Notes: generated from the letters alone by a model not told the origin. A stretch of 64,000 nucleotides of DNA from Eimeria praecox (GCA_963920595.1 OY986948.1:3658001-3722000); one strand, 5' to 3'. Positions 45,191-60,231 are shown, counted from the stretch's first letter. Translations and numbers: made by a program.

Positions 45191-45480
45191 CTCACTGCAA
45201 CAACAAGACACAGCAGAGCCCCCTACAAGAGAGCATCCTACATCTTTATCCTGCAGCAGCAGACATATCTGAGGAGTAAATGCGTTAAATTATTATTAGA
45301 AGACAAACAGCAACAACGAAGATACACAAGCAGCAGCAGGAGCCCCTACCCTCCTGGCCCCTTGAACGGATGAACGTGCTGCTGTATGTACACCTCAAGC
45401 AGGAAGTTGCGGTGTATCTGAATTTCTTCCCGCAGGAAAATATGTGTGGGGTTCGAACGGGATACTGATCTGATGGGCTC

Positions 45481-45509
45481 CTAGCTAGCTAGCTAGCTAG
45501 CTAGCTAGC

Positions 45510-45565
<56 letters not shown>

Positions 45566-45566
45566 C

Positions 45567-45633
<67 letters not shown>

Positions 45634-45638
45634 CAGAC

Positions 45639-45688
<50 letters not shown>

Positions 45689-45731
45689 GTAGATAGATAG
45701 ATAGATAGATAGATAGGTAGATAGATAGATA
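45481..45731. repeat. (CTAG)n grading into (ATAG)n microsatellite
   Basis: Read directly. Confidence 0.95.
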
Positions 45732-45854
45732 AACTAACTAGCCAGCAGTGATATGAGGGGAGGCAACTAAGCCCTAAGCTCTGCTCAGATCGAAGAAGCC
45801 GAAGAATGCTCGTGTAGAAACTCGAAGGGCGGAGCAGCGTGGTGTCTGCGGCAA

Positions 45855-45886
<32 letters not shown>

Positions 45887-46146
45887 GCGAGTCTGCTTCC
45901 TCTGAAGCACAGACTGACATCACCGTGTTGCTGCTGCATTAAACCTCGACACTAGAAAGAGGGAAGCAGCGACAACGCAGCAGCAACAGCAGCAGCAGCA
46001 GCAGCTGCTGCTGCTGCTGCTGCTGTATGTAGCCCCTTTAACCCTCCTTCTTAGTGTAGATAGAAAGACGAATATACCCTAATAATATATAAAACGATAG
46101 AAATTATTCGTACACCTAGAGACAGGAGACACCCATACACTCCAAC

Positions 46147-46219
<73 letters not shown>

Positions 46220-46409
46220 CTCTAAAATGTATTAAATACTTTGTTTTCAAGTTGGAGATAAAAATAAAATTTAGAATTTAAATCTAAAAATAAATTTGAA
46301 ATTTAAAATTAAACTTAAAATCAAATTCTACAAACAGAGGACGAGAAAAACAGAGAAACTTGGGGAGATAAACAAACTGTACATGTATATATAAATAAAA
46401 TAAATAAAT

Positions 46410-46436
46410 TCATATATCTCTATCTATATCCATATC

Positions 46437-46512
<76 letters not shown>

Positions 46513-46853
46513 TATAGATATATAGATATATAGATATATAGATATAGATATAGATATAGATATAGATATAGATATAGATATAGATATAGATATAGATATA
46601 GATATAGATATATAGATATATAGATATAGATATAGATATAGATATAGATATAGATATAGATATAGATATAGATATAGATATAGATATAGATATAGATATA
46701 GATATAGATATAGATATAGATATAGATATAGATATAGATATAGATATAGATATAGATATAGATATAGATATAGATATAGATATAGATATAGATATAGATA
46801 GAGATATAGATAGAGATAGATATAGATAGATATATCTATATCTATATATAGAT

Positions 46854-46899
<46 letters not shown>

Positions 46900-46935
46900 C
46901 TATATATCTATATATAGATACAGATATATATGTAT
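46410..46935. repeat. (TA)n/(GA)n/(GATATA)n/(GATA)n compound microsatellite
   Basis: Read directly. Confidence 0.95.
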
Positions 46936-47145
46936 ATACACTTTACGTATATACAAGTATTTAAACAATCAACTGCATTTCGATTCTCCCCAATTCATAC
47001 GTTAGGCCTCGTATAAGACGGGCTGTTTCTGTCTGTGTTGCTGTAGCTGCTGCTGTCTCTTTCAAATATCAATGTTTGCTGCTGCTGCTGCTGCTGCTGC
47101 TGCTAGTGCTGCTGCTGCTATTACTACTGCTGCTGCTGCTGCTGT

Positions 47146-47182
<37 letters not shown>

Positions 47183-47188
47183 CTCAAA

Positions 47189-47429
47189 TCACGAGGAAGG
47201 AGACCCTCGGTATACGTGTGGGCGCACGTGTGCTGTCCTTGCGGGGGAAGGGGCAACAAAAGCAGCAACAGCAGCATCAGCAGCAGCAGCTTCTGCTGCT
47301 GCTGCAGCAGCAAGATCTACACCTTTATACATTTGACTCTGCATACGATCTACAAACTCCCACGCGAAGGAAGCAGGACAGACAGTATGGCCTCCCTTTG
47401 TTTCCCCTGCTGCTGCTGCTGCTGCACCA

Positions 47430-47468
<39 letters not shown>

Positions 47469-48055
47469 CCATCAGCAGCAGCAGCAGCAGCAGCAGGGTT
47501 TTCTCGAGTAACCCAGAACTGTGGCAGCCCCGTAAAATCAAAGAAAAGCCCCGCATGCAGCAATATCTCTTGAAGGATCTCTCCGTCTCTCTCGATATCC
47601 TTGCACGTTAAACCTTCTCTTCTCATCTCTCTTTGGAAGCTGCTGCTGCTGCTGTCTGCATGCGCGCATGCAGCAACAGCTTGCTGCAGCAGCTGCAGCA
47701 ACAACTTACGAGGCTCTAGATTTTCTTGTATAGCCAGCTGTTTGCTTATACTCTCCCACTGTCTCTCAACAGGATATGGTAGCTTTCTTGTAGGGTCTGC
47801 TCCTGGGAATAGAAAGAAAGAATAAATAAATCGTAAGTAAGAACAGCCTCTCTTTCGGGTGTCTGTACACCCCAAATGTAGGCGTATCCATCTATGACAA
47901 CTCCCCACACGCCTCCCAACCCCACACATCTCAGGGCTCATCATTGCTAGCTGTCTCCACATTTGGTGGTTCTCGAAGGCGCATCTACCATCGGGTAGTC
48001 TCTGCAGCAGCGGGAAGAAATCTATCTCACTCCTCCTGCTGCTGCTGCTGCTGCT

Positions 48056-48092
<37 letters not shown>

Positions 48093-48274
48093 CGGGTGCA
48101 GCCACGCCAGACATCCGCATTGCAATCAAATGTAAGCTGCTGCATCAAGTCAAAAGCTTTATCTCGAAGAGCAAACATAACTGTGGGATCGAATCCTGGA
48201 GATTGCAGCAAGTCAGAAGAGAGACGACACAGCCCCGAGTAAACATACCCTTCATCTCCTCCTCCTCCTCCTCC

Positions 48275-48337
<63 letters not shown>

Positions 48338-48701
48338 CGTAGTGGTAGAGGATGGAAAGCCTAGACAAGGTGTAGGTTTACTTCTAGCAAGTATAGTATT
48401 AATTGTGAAGTAGAATCCGTTCGTTTCATAGAATGTACGGCCTATCTCAGATCCTAGGGATATTTTCATATATTCTCGTGTATATACATCTCTAGCAGCA
48501 TCAATCAACCAGCCTGTATGAAACCCATGAAGCCAACATACACCCCAAAATATATCTAATAAAATATGTCCTCGAATTTCGGTTGTTAATCTATCTCCTT
48601 CATCTCCTAAATAACCTACCCCACATCGATATGGGGCTTTCGTTTCAAACTCAAACCCTATTAAACGCCGACTAGGCTGTCTCCCTATCTCACTCCCCCT
48701 A

Positions 48702-48746
<45 letters not shown>

Positions 48747-49305
48747 CTGCTGCTGCTGGTGGGGGTGGGGGTGGTGTGGGGTTGGGGTTGAGGGGTATAG
48801 GAAGGCTCGCACAGATACGAAGGCAGCCAGCTACCATTGGTTCGAGTAATAGGGAAGCTAGTGCCTCTATTACAAACAAGTACTAAGTTGTAGACACCAT
48901 TATCTCTAGCGGGGACATTTCGTATAAGAATTGTAGATGATGATGATGAGAAGACAGGGCTATTAAACCATAAATTTCTGGCTGCTGCTGCTGTTGATGC
49001 TCTTGTTGCTGCTGCTGCTGTTGCTGCTGCTGCTGTTGCTTCTGATGATGTAGTGTTGTCGCTCAAGGTAATAGGGGAAGCATACGCATCGGCTAGCTGT
49101 TTTAGATGTTTATACTCATACACAGGTTGAACCGGCTTCAGCAGAAAACCAGAAGCTAGCTGCTGAGCTGCTGCTGTTGCTGCTGCATCATGCTGCTGTG
49201 CATACACCCCAACAGGTGATTGCCACAGGGGATCTGTTGAGGATGTTAACTGCAGCATCGATGTTGAACGAGCCCGCCGTTGCAGCTTCAGTCTATGCTG
49301 CTGCC

Positions 49306-49337
<32 letters not shown>

Positions 49338-50295
49338 TGCTGGTGATCTAGTTCTTCTTCTGTTTCTCCATCAAGAATTGTGTGGGGTCTGTGTCTCCCT
49401 CGTTTTTCTGCTGCAGCAGTATCTGCTGCAGCAGCCTTCCCAGCAGCAGCTGCTGCTGCAGCAGCTGCTGCTGCTGCAGCAGCAGCAGCAGCAGCATCAA
49501 CAGCTTGCTGCAGTTTTGAGGGATCTTCAGGGGCAATTCTAGTAAACACAGATCCTAGAGTATTTGCTAAAGCTAGATTTTCAAAGAAACAACCGAGTTT
49601 AAAAGAATGAAAATATGTTTGTGTAGATGTGAGATCAAGGTACACTGTAGCAAATCTTAATAACTCAGATCTTAGGGTGTATGGCTGTGTCTTCATAATA
49701 TTATACTCATAATGTTTATAATTATTTATATTTATTCTATTCATCTGCCTATCATACCATTGTTGTTGATCAGATTTTTCTATTCTTGCTGCTGCAGTAC
49801 CCCCCAACATCTGCTGCAGCAGCAACCATATCCCCGGCCGTTGCAGCAGCTGCAGCATACGGTTCCCTTGCTGCTGTTCTTGTGGTAATACTGCTACGAG
49901 TTGCTGCTGCAGCAGCAGCAACAAACGATTTGATATAGATGAAGATAGATTTAATTGCTGCAGCTCTCTAGCACATTGCAGCAGCAACCCCCCAGGTTTA
50001 CAGTTGACTGCAGCAGGAGCAGCAGCAGCAAACGCAGCAAAGTCTTGCTCTCTTAAACCTAATATAAAAGAACAGTGTTTATCTGTTGCTCTTGTTATAT
50101 CTGTTGTAAATACAGCATGCTGTAGCCCCAATAAAACACTATCCTGTGCAGCAGCAAGAATATCTGCTGCTGCAGCAACCCCCAACCAGCTGACAGGATC
50201 GAGAGGATTTGACGATAGTAGTTGCGCTGTTGTTGCTTCATTCCTATGAGAATATCTATCATGAGATGTATATCTTGCTGCTGCTACTGCTTCTT

Positions 50296-50327
<32 letters not shown>

Positions 50328-50685
50328 GCTGCTGTTGCTGCTCTTGATGGTGTAGGATTTGGGTTTAATGCAACAAGAGAGCCTTCCTCTCCATATTCAA
50401 TATAACGTGAAGAAGCCACATTAAACCCCAATAATAAAATACTATTTGGAAACAAATCAGGTGTATGTTCAAACACAGGCAAATTGGAGTGTATGTACAC
50501 CTGACGCTCATAACCTAATGCTATACATAACCCCACAGCTATCTCAACAAACCCTAATAAATAAACTTCTTCTCTCCTCCAATTCTTAAGATTTATCTTG
50601 CATGTTGCTGCTGCTGCTGCTCCTCCTCTCCCTCCTCCCCCTCCTGCTGCTCCTCCTGCTGCTCCTGCTGCTGCTCCTGCTGCTC

Positions 50686-50728
<43 letters not shown>

Positions 50729-50828
50729 AGGGTATCGCCCTCTTACAAGTTGAAACCCCAACATCGCTTCAAAATTTCCTTGACCTGCTGGTGGCTGTCC
50801 GCTGCATAGCAGCACCGAGATCTCTCCC

Positions 50829-50874
<46 letters not shown>

Positions 50875-51598
50875 TGCTGCTGTTGCTGTTGCTGGTTTGT
50901 ATACGACAGGAGAAGAACACCTCCGACACCCCACCAAATATATAATTAGGGATTTCATCAATAACAAACCGCGATAGAGAGAAAGCTTTGGAAGAAGATA
51001 GAGGAGACAGAGTTCGCTCTAAGCTCTCTCCATACATCTGCAGCAATTGCTGTCTGTCTCGCTGCAGTTGCTGCTGCTGCTGCTGCTGTCGTTTCGCTTG
51101 CTGCAGCACATACTCCAAAACCTCTACTGTTTCTCTGTAACCATCTAAACACAACTCAACCTTAGTATAATCTAAGACAACATCTATCATATTTTTCAAA
51201 TCGTGATATCGCACAGCAGGAGGCCCTGGACCTGCTGCTGCTGCTGTTGCTGCTGTTGCTGCTGTTGCTGTTGCTGTTGTTGCTGCTTTACGGCCTGCTG
51301 CTGCTCTTGCTGCTGCTGCTCTTGTTGCTGCTGCTGCTCTTGTTGTTGCTGCTGCTGCTCTTGTTGCTGTTGCTGCTGCTGCTGCTGTGGAAGGGGTTCT
51401 TGCTGCTTCTGTGGCTTCTGCTGCTTCAGAAACTGCTGCTGCAGCGGTAGAATCTCCTGCTGCTGCCTTTGCTGCTGCAGCAAGGCACCATGGCGACGGC
51501 TGCTGCTGCTGCTGCTGCTGCAGCAGCAGCAGCAGCAGCAGCAACACGAATCTCCATACCCTCCAGACACTGAGGAAAGCAGATAAAGTATACTTCAT
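47189..51598 (-). CDS. 1469-aa single-ORF hypothetical protein with N-terminal hydrophobic (signal-like) segment
   Basis: Long ATG-initiated open frame with globular Cys/aromatic-rich blocks between A/S/Q homopolymers. Family not recognised. Confidence 0.85.
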
Positions 51599-51626
51599 AC
51601 CTGCAAGCTGTTGCTGTTGAGGGTTG

Positions 51627-51665
<39 letters not shown>

Positions 51666-51700
51666 AGTTGCTAGTGCTGCTGTTGCTGCTGGTGCTGTTC

Positions 51701-51736
<36 letters not shown>

Positions 51737-51837
51737 TAGCACTGCTGCTGTTTTTTGTAGCTGCTGCTGCTGCTGATATGCACCTACACCTCCTCGATTG
51801 CGTGCGAAGGCAGCAGCAGCTGCTGCTCCTGCTGCTG

Positions 51838-51874
<37 letters not shown>

Positions 51875-51963
51875 AGCATCAGCCCCCAGGGCCTCCTTTA
51901 GATAAGGACTAGCCCTCAGAAAAAGACAGACTGCATTTACAAACAATGTGTGCTGCTGCTGCT

Positions 51964-52000
<37 letters not shown>

Positions 52001-52061
52001 CACGAAGGTAGATGCTTGCTTTGCTGCTCGAGTCGGCGGTGGTCACGAGGCCTTACGAAGG

Positions 52062-52113
<52 letters not shown>

Positions 52114-52225
52114 TAAAGGATACAGCAAAGAATCAGACAGTTAGTGTTTCAAAGATCTAACAAATTAAAAATAAAATATATAATGAAAATATTAAATAAA
52201 AGCTGCGTGAGATACAGCAGCAGCC

Positions 52226-52257
<32 letters not shown>

Positions 52258-52305
52258 CGCTCGAAGGTCGGCAGCAGGCCCACAGCTGTGGCGGTCGGTG
52301 GGGAC

Positions 52306-52353
<48 letters not shown>

Positions 52354-52493
52354 CCTGCTGCTGCTGCTGCATGCAGCAGCAGCAGCAGCTACAAGCCCCA
52401 ATCCGCTCAGCATATAAATAGAAACAAAATTATTTGTTGCTGCTGTAGATATCTTCGTTAGATTCCTCTCTATGCTTATTCACTGCTGCTGCT

Positions 52494-52536
<43 letters not shown>

Positions 52537-53135
52537 CAGCAGCAGGAGCAGCAGCCGCAGCCGCCTCTGCAGCAGCCGCAGTATGAAAGCTACTAGCAGG
52601 CAGTAGAAAACAAACAACAATATTAAATACAAATTAATAAAACAGATTAATTACGGTGTATATACACCACAAATATACAGCAGCCCCTCCTTAGACAGGG
52701 CGCCTCCACACAACAACACCCTTGCTGCAGCTGCTGCAGCAGCAGCTGCTGCTGCCAGCGCAGCAGCAGCAGCAGAAGCTACAGCAGCAGCAACAAACAG
52801 AAAGTGTTAAGACTGTACTCAGACAGCACCGACAGCAGCAGCAGCAGCAGCAGCAACAACTCCGCCTCTTGCCGCTGCTGCTGCTGTTGCAGCTACAGCA
52901 GCAACAAGAGCAGCAACAGCAGCAGCTGCTGCAGCAACTCCAGTAGCAGGCGTAGCAGCAACCAGAGCAGCAGCAGCAGCAGCAGCAGCAGCCCTCTCTA
53001 GTAGCTGCCTCCGCAGCACGAACACGAGCAGCAGCAGCAGCAGCAGCAGGGACGCCGAGAGCCGCAGCACCATCACCATCATCAGCCCCATCAGCAGCAG
53101 CAGCAGCAACAACAAGCAACAACAACAACAACACC

Positions 53136-53166
<31 letters not shown>

Positions 53167-53222
53167 GCAGCACCAGCACCACCACCAGCAGCACCAGCAC
53201 CACCACCAGCAGCAGCAGCAGG

Positions 53223-53261
<39 letters not shown>

Positions 53262-53264
53262 ACG

Positions 53265-53504
53265 ATGTCTACTCCGTTAGTATTAGACTTAGGATCTCAC
53301 TCTCTGAAAGCAGGGATAGCGGGAGAGGCCCTGCCTCGTGTTGTAGCTCGCTCTGTTGTTGGTGTTGCTGCTGTAGATAGTGATGGGGGTTTAAGCCTAG
53401 CAGCAGCAGCTGCAGCTGCTGCTGCTGCTGCTGCTGCTTCATCTTCTTCTCCAGGAGGAGCTTTCTCTGACAGTAGCAGCAGCAATGGTGTATCGTCATC
53501 TGCT

Positions 53505-53541
<37 letters not shown>

Positions 53542-53671
53542 AACCCGTGCTGCTGCAGCAGTTTTTAAATCCGTTGGAGAAGACAGATCATGTAGAGGTT
53601 ATACCTGTCCTTGAATATGCAGCAACACAACCTGATAAGCCAGGTGTATATGTGCTGCATCGACAGGTAGC

Positions 53672-53703
<32 letters not shown>

Positions 53704-53761
53704 GTGGTGTTGCTGTTGCTGCTGGTGGTGGTGTTGCTGCTGGTGTTGTTGCTGCTGTTGT

Positions 53762-53792
<31 letters not shown>

Positions 53793-54324
53793 GCCGTTGT
53801 TGCTGCTGTTGTTGTTGCTGCTGCCGCTGTTGCTGCTGCTGTTGTTGCTGCTGTGTCTGCTGTTGTTGTTGCTGTTGTTGCTGCTGTGTCTGCTGCTGGT
53901 TTTGCTCGTGCTGCTGATATAGTTGTTGCTGTTATCCCTCCTAGACGTGCTACTGCTGTTCCTGCTGCTATTGCTGCTGCTGTTGCTGCTATTGCTTCTG
54001 CTGCTGCTGCTGTTGCTGCTGCTGCTGTTGCTGTTGCTTCTACTCGTGTTTCTCGTTCTGTTTCTCGTGTTTCTGTTTTTTTTTTGCTGCTGCTCCCCCA
54101 TCTTCTGTTGCTGCTGCTGTTGCTGCTGCTGTTGCTGCTGTTGCTGCTGTTGCTGCTGCTGCTGCAGGGGTTAGAGCGTCTAGCAGAGGAGGTTACGGGT
54201 CCGCGGTGTCTAGGCAGCTGCGGCTTAGATCGCGGGTTGATTATGACTGAGCCTAACATCACTAACTCTGCTATTCGCGAGGCATTTGCTGAGGTGGCTT
54301 TCGAAACACTACAAGTAGGTTGCT

Positions 54325-54377
<53 letters not shown>

Positions 54378-54718
54378 GTGTTGCTGGGGATGTTGCTGCT
54401 GGTGTTGCTGGGGCTGCTGCTGCTGTTGCTGCTGCTGCTGGTGCTGCTGGTGTTGGTGTTGCTGGGGATGTTGCTGCTGCTGTTGCTGAGCGTGCTGCTT
54501 AGGCTGATGCTGAATCTGTTGCTGCTGCTGCACCTGCAGCAGCAGCTTCGGCTGCTGCTGCTGCTGCTGCTGTTGCTGTAGTTGTTAAGATCTTGCTGCT
54601 GCTGTAGATTCTGCTGCTGGTTTTTGCTGCTGCTGTTGAGACGCTGCAGCAGCAACCTGGGGGCTCAATCTCTCGCGTTTTCTTCTCCTTCTTCAGCTAT
54701 TGCTGCTGTTGCTACTGT

Positions 54719-54749
<31 letters not shown>

Positions 54750-55115
54750 GCTGCTGCTGCTGGTGCTGGTGTTGCTGCAGGTACCTGAGTTGTTGCTTGT
54801 TAAGAAGGCAGTCTTAGCAGCATTTGGCTGCGCTCGAACCTCAGCAATTGTTTGTGATGTAGGACACAGCAACTGTAGCGTTGCTGCTATTCAAGAAGGT
54901 TTTCTGCTGCAGCGGCTGCAGCAAGAAATACCCCTGGGTTGTAGACAGCTGCTAGCTATAACCCGTCATTTGCTGCTGCAGCACAACATCCATATCACCC
55001 CTGGATATGCTGTTATACCGCAGCAGCAGCAGCAGCAACCTCCTGCTCCTCCTGCTGCTGCTGCTGCTGGTGATACCGCTGCTGCTGCTGCTGCTGCTGC
55101 CTCAGGGGCTCAGCG

Positions 55116-55153
<38 letters not shown>

Positions 55154-55252
55154 GAGATAGGCTGATTGCCGCCTGCCCTCACGTTACAAACAGCTTCCGC
55201 GAGTTTGGGGAGCAGCACGTGCTGGAGGTGCTGCTGCAGCTGCTAGGTAAGT

Positions 55253-55287
<35 letters not shown>

Positions 55288-55354
55288 TATTGCGAAGGAT
55301 TGAAGCAGTCGGATGGAGCCCCAACATCATCATCATCATCATCATCATCATCAA

Positions 55355-55400
<46 letters not shown>

Positions 55401-56010
55401 GCCTTATGTGCTGCCTGATGGTACGGCTATACCTTCGAGTGTATGTACAGCTATAGAACAGACAGTCCCTGATATTCTCTTCTCTTCTGCTCTACGACGG
55501 CAACATCATAGTTTATTGCTTCCTGCTGTTGTTTCTTCTTATTCATCTTCTTCTTCTTCTGCTGCTGCTGCAGCAGCAGCAGCAGGTATTGTAACTGCTG
55601 CACAGTATCAGCAGCAGCAGCAGCAGCAGCAGCAGGATGCAGCAGATGCTGTAGCAGCAACAGCAACAGCAGGGATTCTCGAGTGTATAGGCAGGTGTGC
55701 TGAGGCCTGTCGGCATTCAGCAAAGAGAGATGTGGTAGGGGCATTAGTTGTTGCTGGCGGTGCCACACAATTCCCCGGGTTTATACGCAGACTCAAGACA
55801 GAAGTAAGCAGCAGCAGCAGCACCAGCACCAGCACCAGCAGCAGGAGGAGGGGATGCTGCTGCTGCTGCAGCAGGGGATGCTGATCCAGTTGCAGCAGCA
55901 GTCGGGTGTCTGCAGCAGCTGCAGCTCCAAGACGTTTTCTGCTGCTGTTTGTAGAAGCAGCAGCAGCAGCAGCACCAGCACCAGCACCAGCAGCAGCAGC
56001 AGCATGTTCA

Positions 56011-56053
<43 letters not shown>

Positions 56054-56124
56054 CTATCTTGTTGTGTTTGCTGTTGTGTTCAGGTCTCTCATCTCAATGT
56101 GGGGGGTAGCGGGATCCGTCCCCA

Positions 56125-56158
<34 letters not shown>

Positions 56159-56217
56159 CACAACAGCAGCAACACGAGCATCCTCGGGAACAGCACGATC
56201 ACGACAACGACACCGAA

Positions 56218-56252
<35 letters not shown>

Positions 56253-56446
56253 GCAGCAGCAGCAACAGCAGCAACAGTTTAAGTCTACGAGTTGTCTGCA
56301 GCAAGAACGCTATAGAACGACATATGGCTAGCTGGATCGGGGGATCGATTGTGGGGTGTTTGGGAACCTTCTCCCAGTTATCTGTTACCAGAAAAGATTA
56401 TGCTGAGTTTGGGGCGAGAGCTGCCATCGATAGAAAATGCCCGTAG
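53265..56446 (+). CDS. ARP4: Nuclear actin-related protein, ARP4-like (exons 53265-53666, 54168-54314, 54781-55803, 56084-56446; ~644 aa)
   Basis: LVLDLGSHSLKAGIAGE..PR, LIMTEP, AVLAAFG.ARTSAIVCDVG, YVLPDG, VVAGGAT..PGF..RL, ER...SWIGGSI...LGTF.Q...DRKCP. GT-AG junctions keep frame. Confidence 0.88.
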
Positions 56447-56454
56447 ATATATTA

Positions 56455-56455
56455 T

Positions 56456-56505
<50 letters not shown>

Positions 56506-56785
56506 TAATAATAATAATAATAATAATATAAATATATTATTATAAATATATTATTATTATTATTATTTATTATTATTATTATCTTATAGTTGTTGTTGCT
56601 ATTTATTTATTTATTTATTTTATTTATTTTATTTATTTTATTTATTTTATTTATTTTATTTATTTATTTTATTATTGTTGTTGGCGTTGTTGTTGTTGTT
56701 GCTGTTGTTATTATTAATTATTATTTATTATTTTGTTGTTAGTTATTATTAATATTATTATTATTATTATTATTATTATATTTTG
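56455..56785. repeat. (AAT)n/(TTAT)n AT-rich tract
   Basis: Read directly. Confidence 0.9.
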
Positions 56786-56843
56786 TTTGTCATAGAAAAT
56801 GTCTGTTAAATAATAAAGATGAAGGAGAGAGAGAGACAGAGAC

Positions 56844-56874
<31 letters not shown>

Positions 56875-57116
56875 CAGAGAGAGACAGGGACAGAGAGACA
56901 GAGAGAGACAGAGAGAGAGAGACAGAGGGAGAGACAGAGAGAGAGAGAGAGAGAGGGACAGAGAGAGAGACAGAGAGAGAGACAGAGAGAGAGAGACAGA
57001 GAGAGAGAGTGACAGAGACAGAGTCAATAAAAAGAAGAAGAAAGAAAGAGAAGAAAAAAGAAGAAAAAGAAGATAAATAAATAAATTATAAAATACTATA
57101 TCCTCATAAACCCTCG

Positions 57117-57211
<95 letters not shown>

Positions 57212-57214
<3 letters not shown>

Positions 57215-57550
57215 CTACAAGACCCTAACACGTAAACCCTACCAAACCCTACTAAACCCTACTCTATAAACCCTACTAAACCCTACTAAACCTCAGTATG
57301 TAAACCCTACCCTACTAAACCCTAGTATATAAACCCTAGTAGGGTTTATACCTTGCTATATAAACCCTACTAAACCCTAGTATATAAACCCTACTAAACC
57401 CTAGTATATAAACCCTACTAAACCCTACTCTAAACCCTATTAAACCCTAGTATATAAACCCTAGTATATAAACCCTAGTATATAAACCCTAGTATATAAA
57501 CCCTACTAAACCCTACTAAACCCTAGCATATAAACCCTACTAAACCCTAG
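57212..57550 (+). repeat. Degenerate telomere-like minisatellite (TAAACCCTAC / TAAACCCTAGTATA units)
   Basis: About two dozen AAACCCT-type cores with AC or AGTATA spacers. Confidence 0.9.
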
Positions 57551-57644
57551 TGGGATTTGTTTTCTGTCTGTCTTTGAATGAACAGACTCAACATAGCATT
57601 TATTTTATTATCGAGACAAACACAGAAACATAAAAAACACAGAG

Positions 57645-58217
57645 AAGAAGAGAGAGACAGAGATAGAGATAGAGAGATAGATATATAGAGATAGAGGGAG
57701 ATAGATAGATAGATATAGATAGAGATAGATAGGGATAGAGAGATAGATAGAGATAGAGATAGCTATAGATAGATATGGAGAAGAGACAGAGATAGATAGA
57801 TAGATATAGATAGATATAGATAGAGAGATAGATAGATAGATAGGGATAGAGATAGAGATATATATAGATACAGATAGATAGATAGATAGATATATGGAGA
57901 TAGAGAGATAGATAGATATAGAGAGACAGAGATAGAGAGATAGAGAGAGATATAGAGAGATAGAGATAGACATATGGAGAGATAGAGATAGATAGATATA
58001 GAGAGATAGAGATAGATAGATAGAAAGAGATAGACAGATAGAGAGATAGAGATATAGAGAGACAGAGATAGAGATATAGAGAGACAGAGATAGATAGATA
58101 TAGAGAGATAGAGATAGATATAGGCAGAGATAGATAGATAGAGAGATAGAGATAGAGAGATAGAGATATGTAGAGATAGATAGAGAAGAGATGGAGAGAT
58201 AGACAGAGAGAAAGAGT

Positions 58218-58305
<88 letters not shown>

Positions 58306-58455
58306 TACAGATATAGATATAGATATGGATACTGATAGACAGATAGAGAGATAGAGACAGAGATAGATAAGTAGAGGAGACAGACACAATATCAAACAGA
58401 AAGAGACGTAGAGGCAGGAGAGACAGAGAGAGAGACAGATAAAGAAAGAGACAGA
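57645..58455. repeat. GATA/GAGA/TA compound microsatellite
   Basis: Read directly. Confidence 0.9.
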
Positions 58456-58456
58456 C

Positions 58457-58488
<32 letters not shown>

Positions 58489-58902
58489 GGGCCGCGTTCT
58501 GACTGCTCTGCAGCAGCAAATTCAAAGAAAGATAAAATAAATAAAAATAAAAAGAATAAAGGAGAGAAGAGTCGAAGAGACAACAAGAAGGTGTCTATAC
58601 ACCGCAGCATCAGCTCTAACAGCTTCACACATCAAAGCTGAAGAGACAGCAGCAGCAGCAGCAGCAGCAGCAGCAAAAGCAGCAGCAGCAGCAGCAGCAG
58701 TTCGGCATCTGAAGCAGAATGCTAGAGCCACGCAGCAGCTGCATGCGCTGCTGCAGCAGCTACTGCTGCTACTGCTGCTGCTGCTGCTGCTTCCGCAGTC
58801 TGCTGCTGCTGCTGCTGCTGGGATCGCTGCTGCTAATGCCGTAATTGCTGCCGCTGCATCTGCTGCTGCTGCTGCAAAACAATAGCTGCTGCTGCTGCTG
58901 CT

Positions 58903-58937
<35 letters not shown>

Positions 58938-58957
58938 TAAGAGGGAGGCGACGTCAG

Positions 58958-60198
58958 TCATCCTCTATACAGAACGCTAAAGCAGACAGTCCAGGAGAGC
59001 TGCAGCAGCAGCAACAGTAACAGCAGCGGCAGCAACAATAACAGCAGCAGCAGCAGCAACAATAACAGCAGCAGCAGCAGCAACAATAACAGCAGCCGCA
59101 GCAGCAACAGCAGCATTAGCAGCAGCAGCAGCAACGGCGAATGATTAGTTGGAGGCACAGCAGCAGCAGCAGCACCAACAGCAGCAGCAGCAACAGCAGC
59201 ATCAACAGCAACAACAGCGTCAACAGCAACAGCATCAACAGCAGCATCAACAGCAGCAACATCAACAGCAGCAACAGCAGCAGCATCAACAGCAACAGCA
59301 CCAACAGCAGCATCATCAGCAGCACCAAACCACAGCAACAGCATCAACAGCATCAGCAGCATCAACAGCAGCAGCATCAACAGCAGCATCAACAGCAGCA
59401 TCAACAGCAGCAACAGCAGCAGCAACAGCAGCAGCAGCAGCAGCAGCAACATCATCACTATACCATAAACATTCCGAGTGCAGGTGCGATAGCTTCAGTA
59501 GCAACGGTAGAATTATTAAATATAATTTTATATGTTTTTGTTTTACTAACAAATATACGAGCAGCAATATACTGCAGCAACACAAATATAAAAATAAACA
59601 AAACGCCTTCTCCTTGATATACACCGAAAATCATACCAAGCAACAATGCTATGATCTGCTTCAACCAAAATAATGCTTGCTTACTATCCATCTGAAACAA
59701 ACACACAACATCATACTGCTGCTGCTCCTGCTGCTGTTGCTGCTGGTGCTGCTGCTGCTGCTGCTGGTGGTGCTGCTGCTGCTGGTGCTGCTGGTGGTGC
59801 TGCTGCTGGTGGTGGTGGTGGTGCTGCTGCTGTTGCTGTTGGGGTTGCTGAGCAGACTGATACGGAATATGATGAACAGCAGCAGCAGCAGCAACAGATG
59901 CTGCTGCTGCTGCTGCTCCTGCTGCTGCTGCTGCTGCTGTTGCTGCTCCTGCTGCTGCTGAAGGGGGGGGGGGGAGGGAGAGAGAAGCTGATAACAAGGC
60001 GAACTGCAGCAGCAAACACGAAAGCTACAGCAGCAGCAGCAGCAACAGCAGCAGCAGAAATAGCAGCAGCAGAAATAGCAGCAGCAGAAATAGCAGCAGC
60101 AGCAGCAGAAACAGCAGCAGCAGCAGCAGCAGCAAACTACTCTGGTATACCTTATCCCACTCATATTGCTCTGGATGCAGAGCTCGAATAAGCAAGGA

Positions 60199-60231
<33 letters not shown>

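Noticed and set aside
45445..45470. GGTTCGAAC B-box-like word
   Set aside because: No T-stem, acceptor stem or A-box surrounds it.
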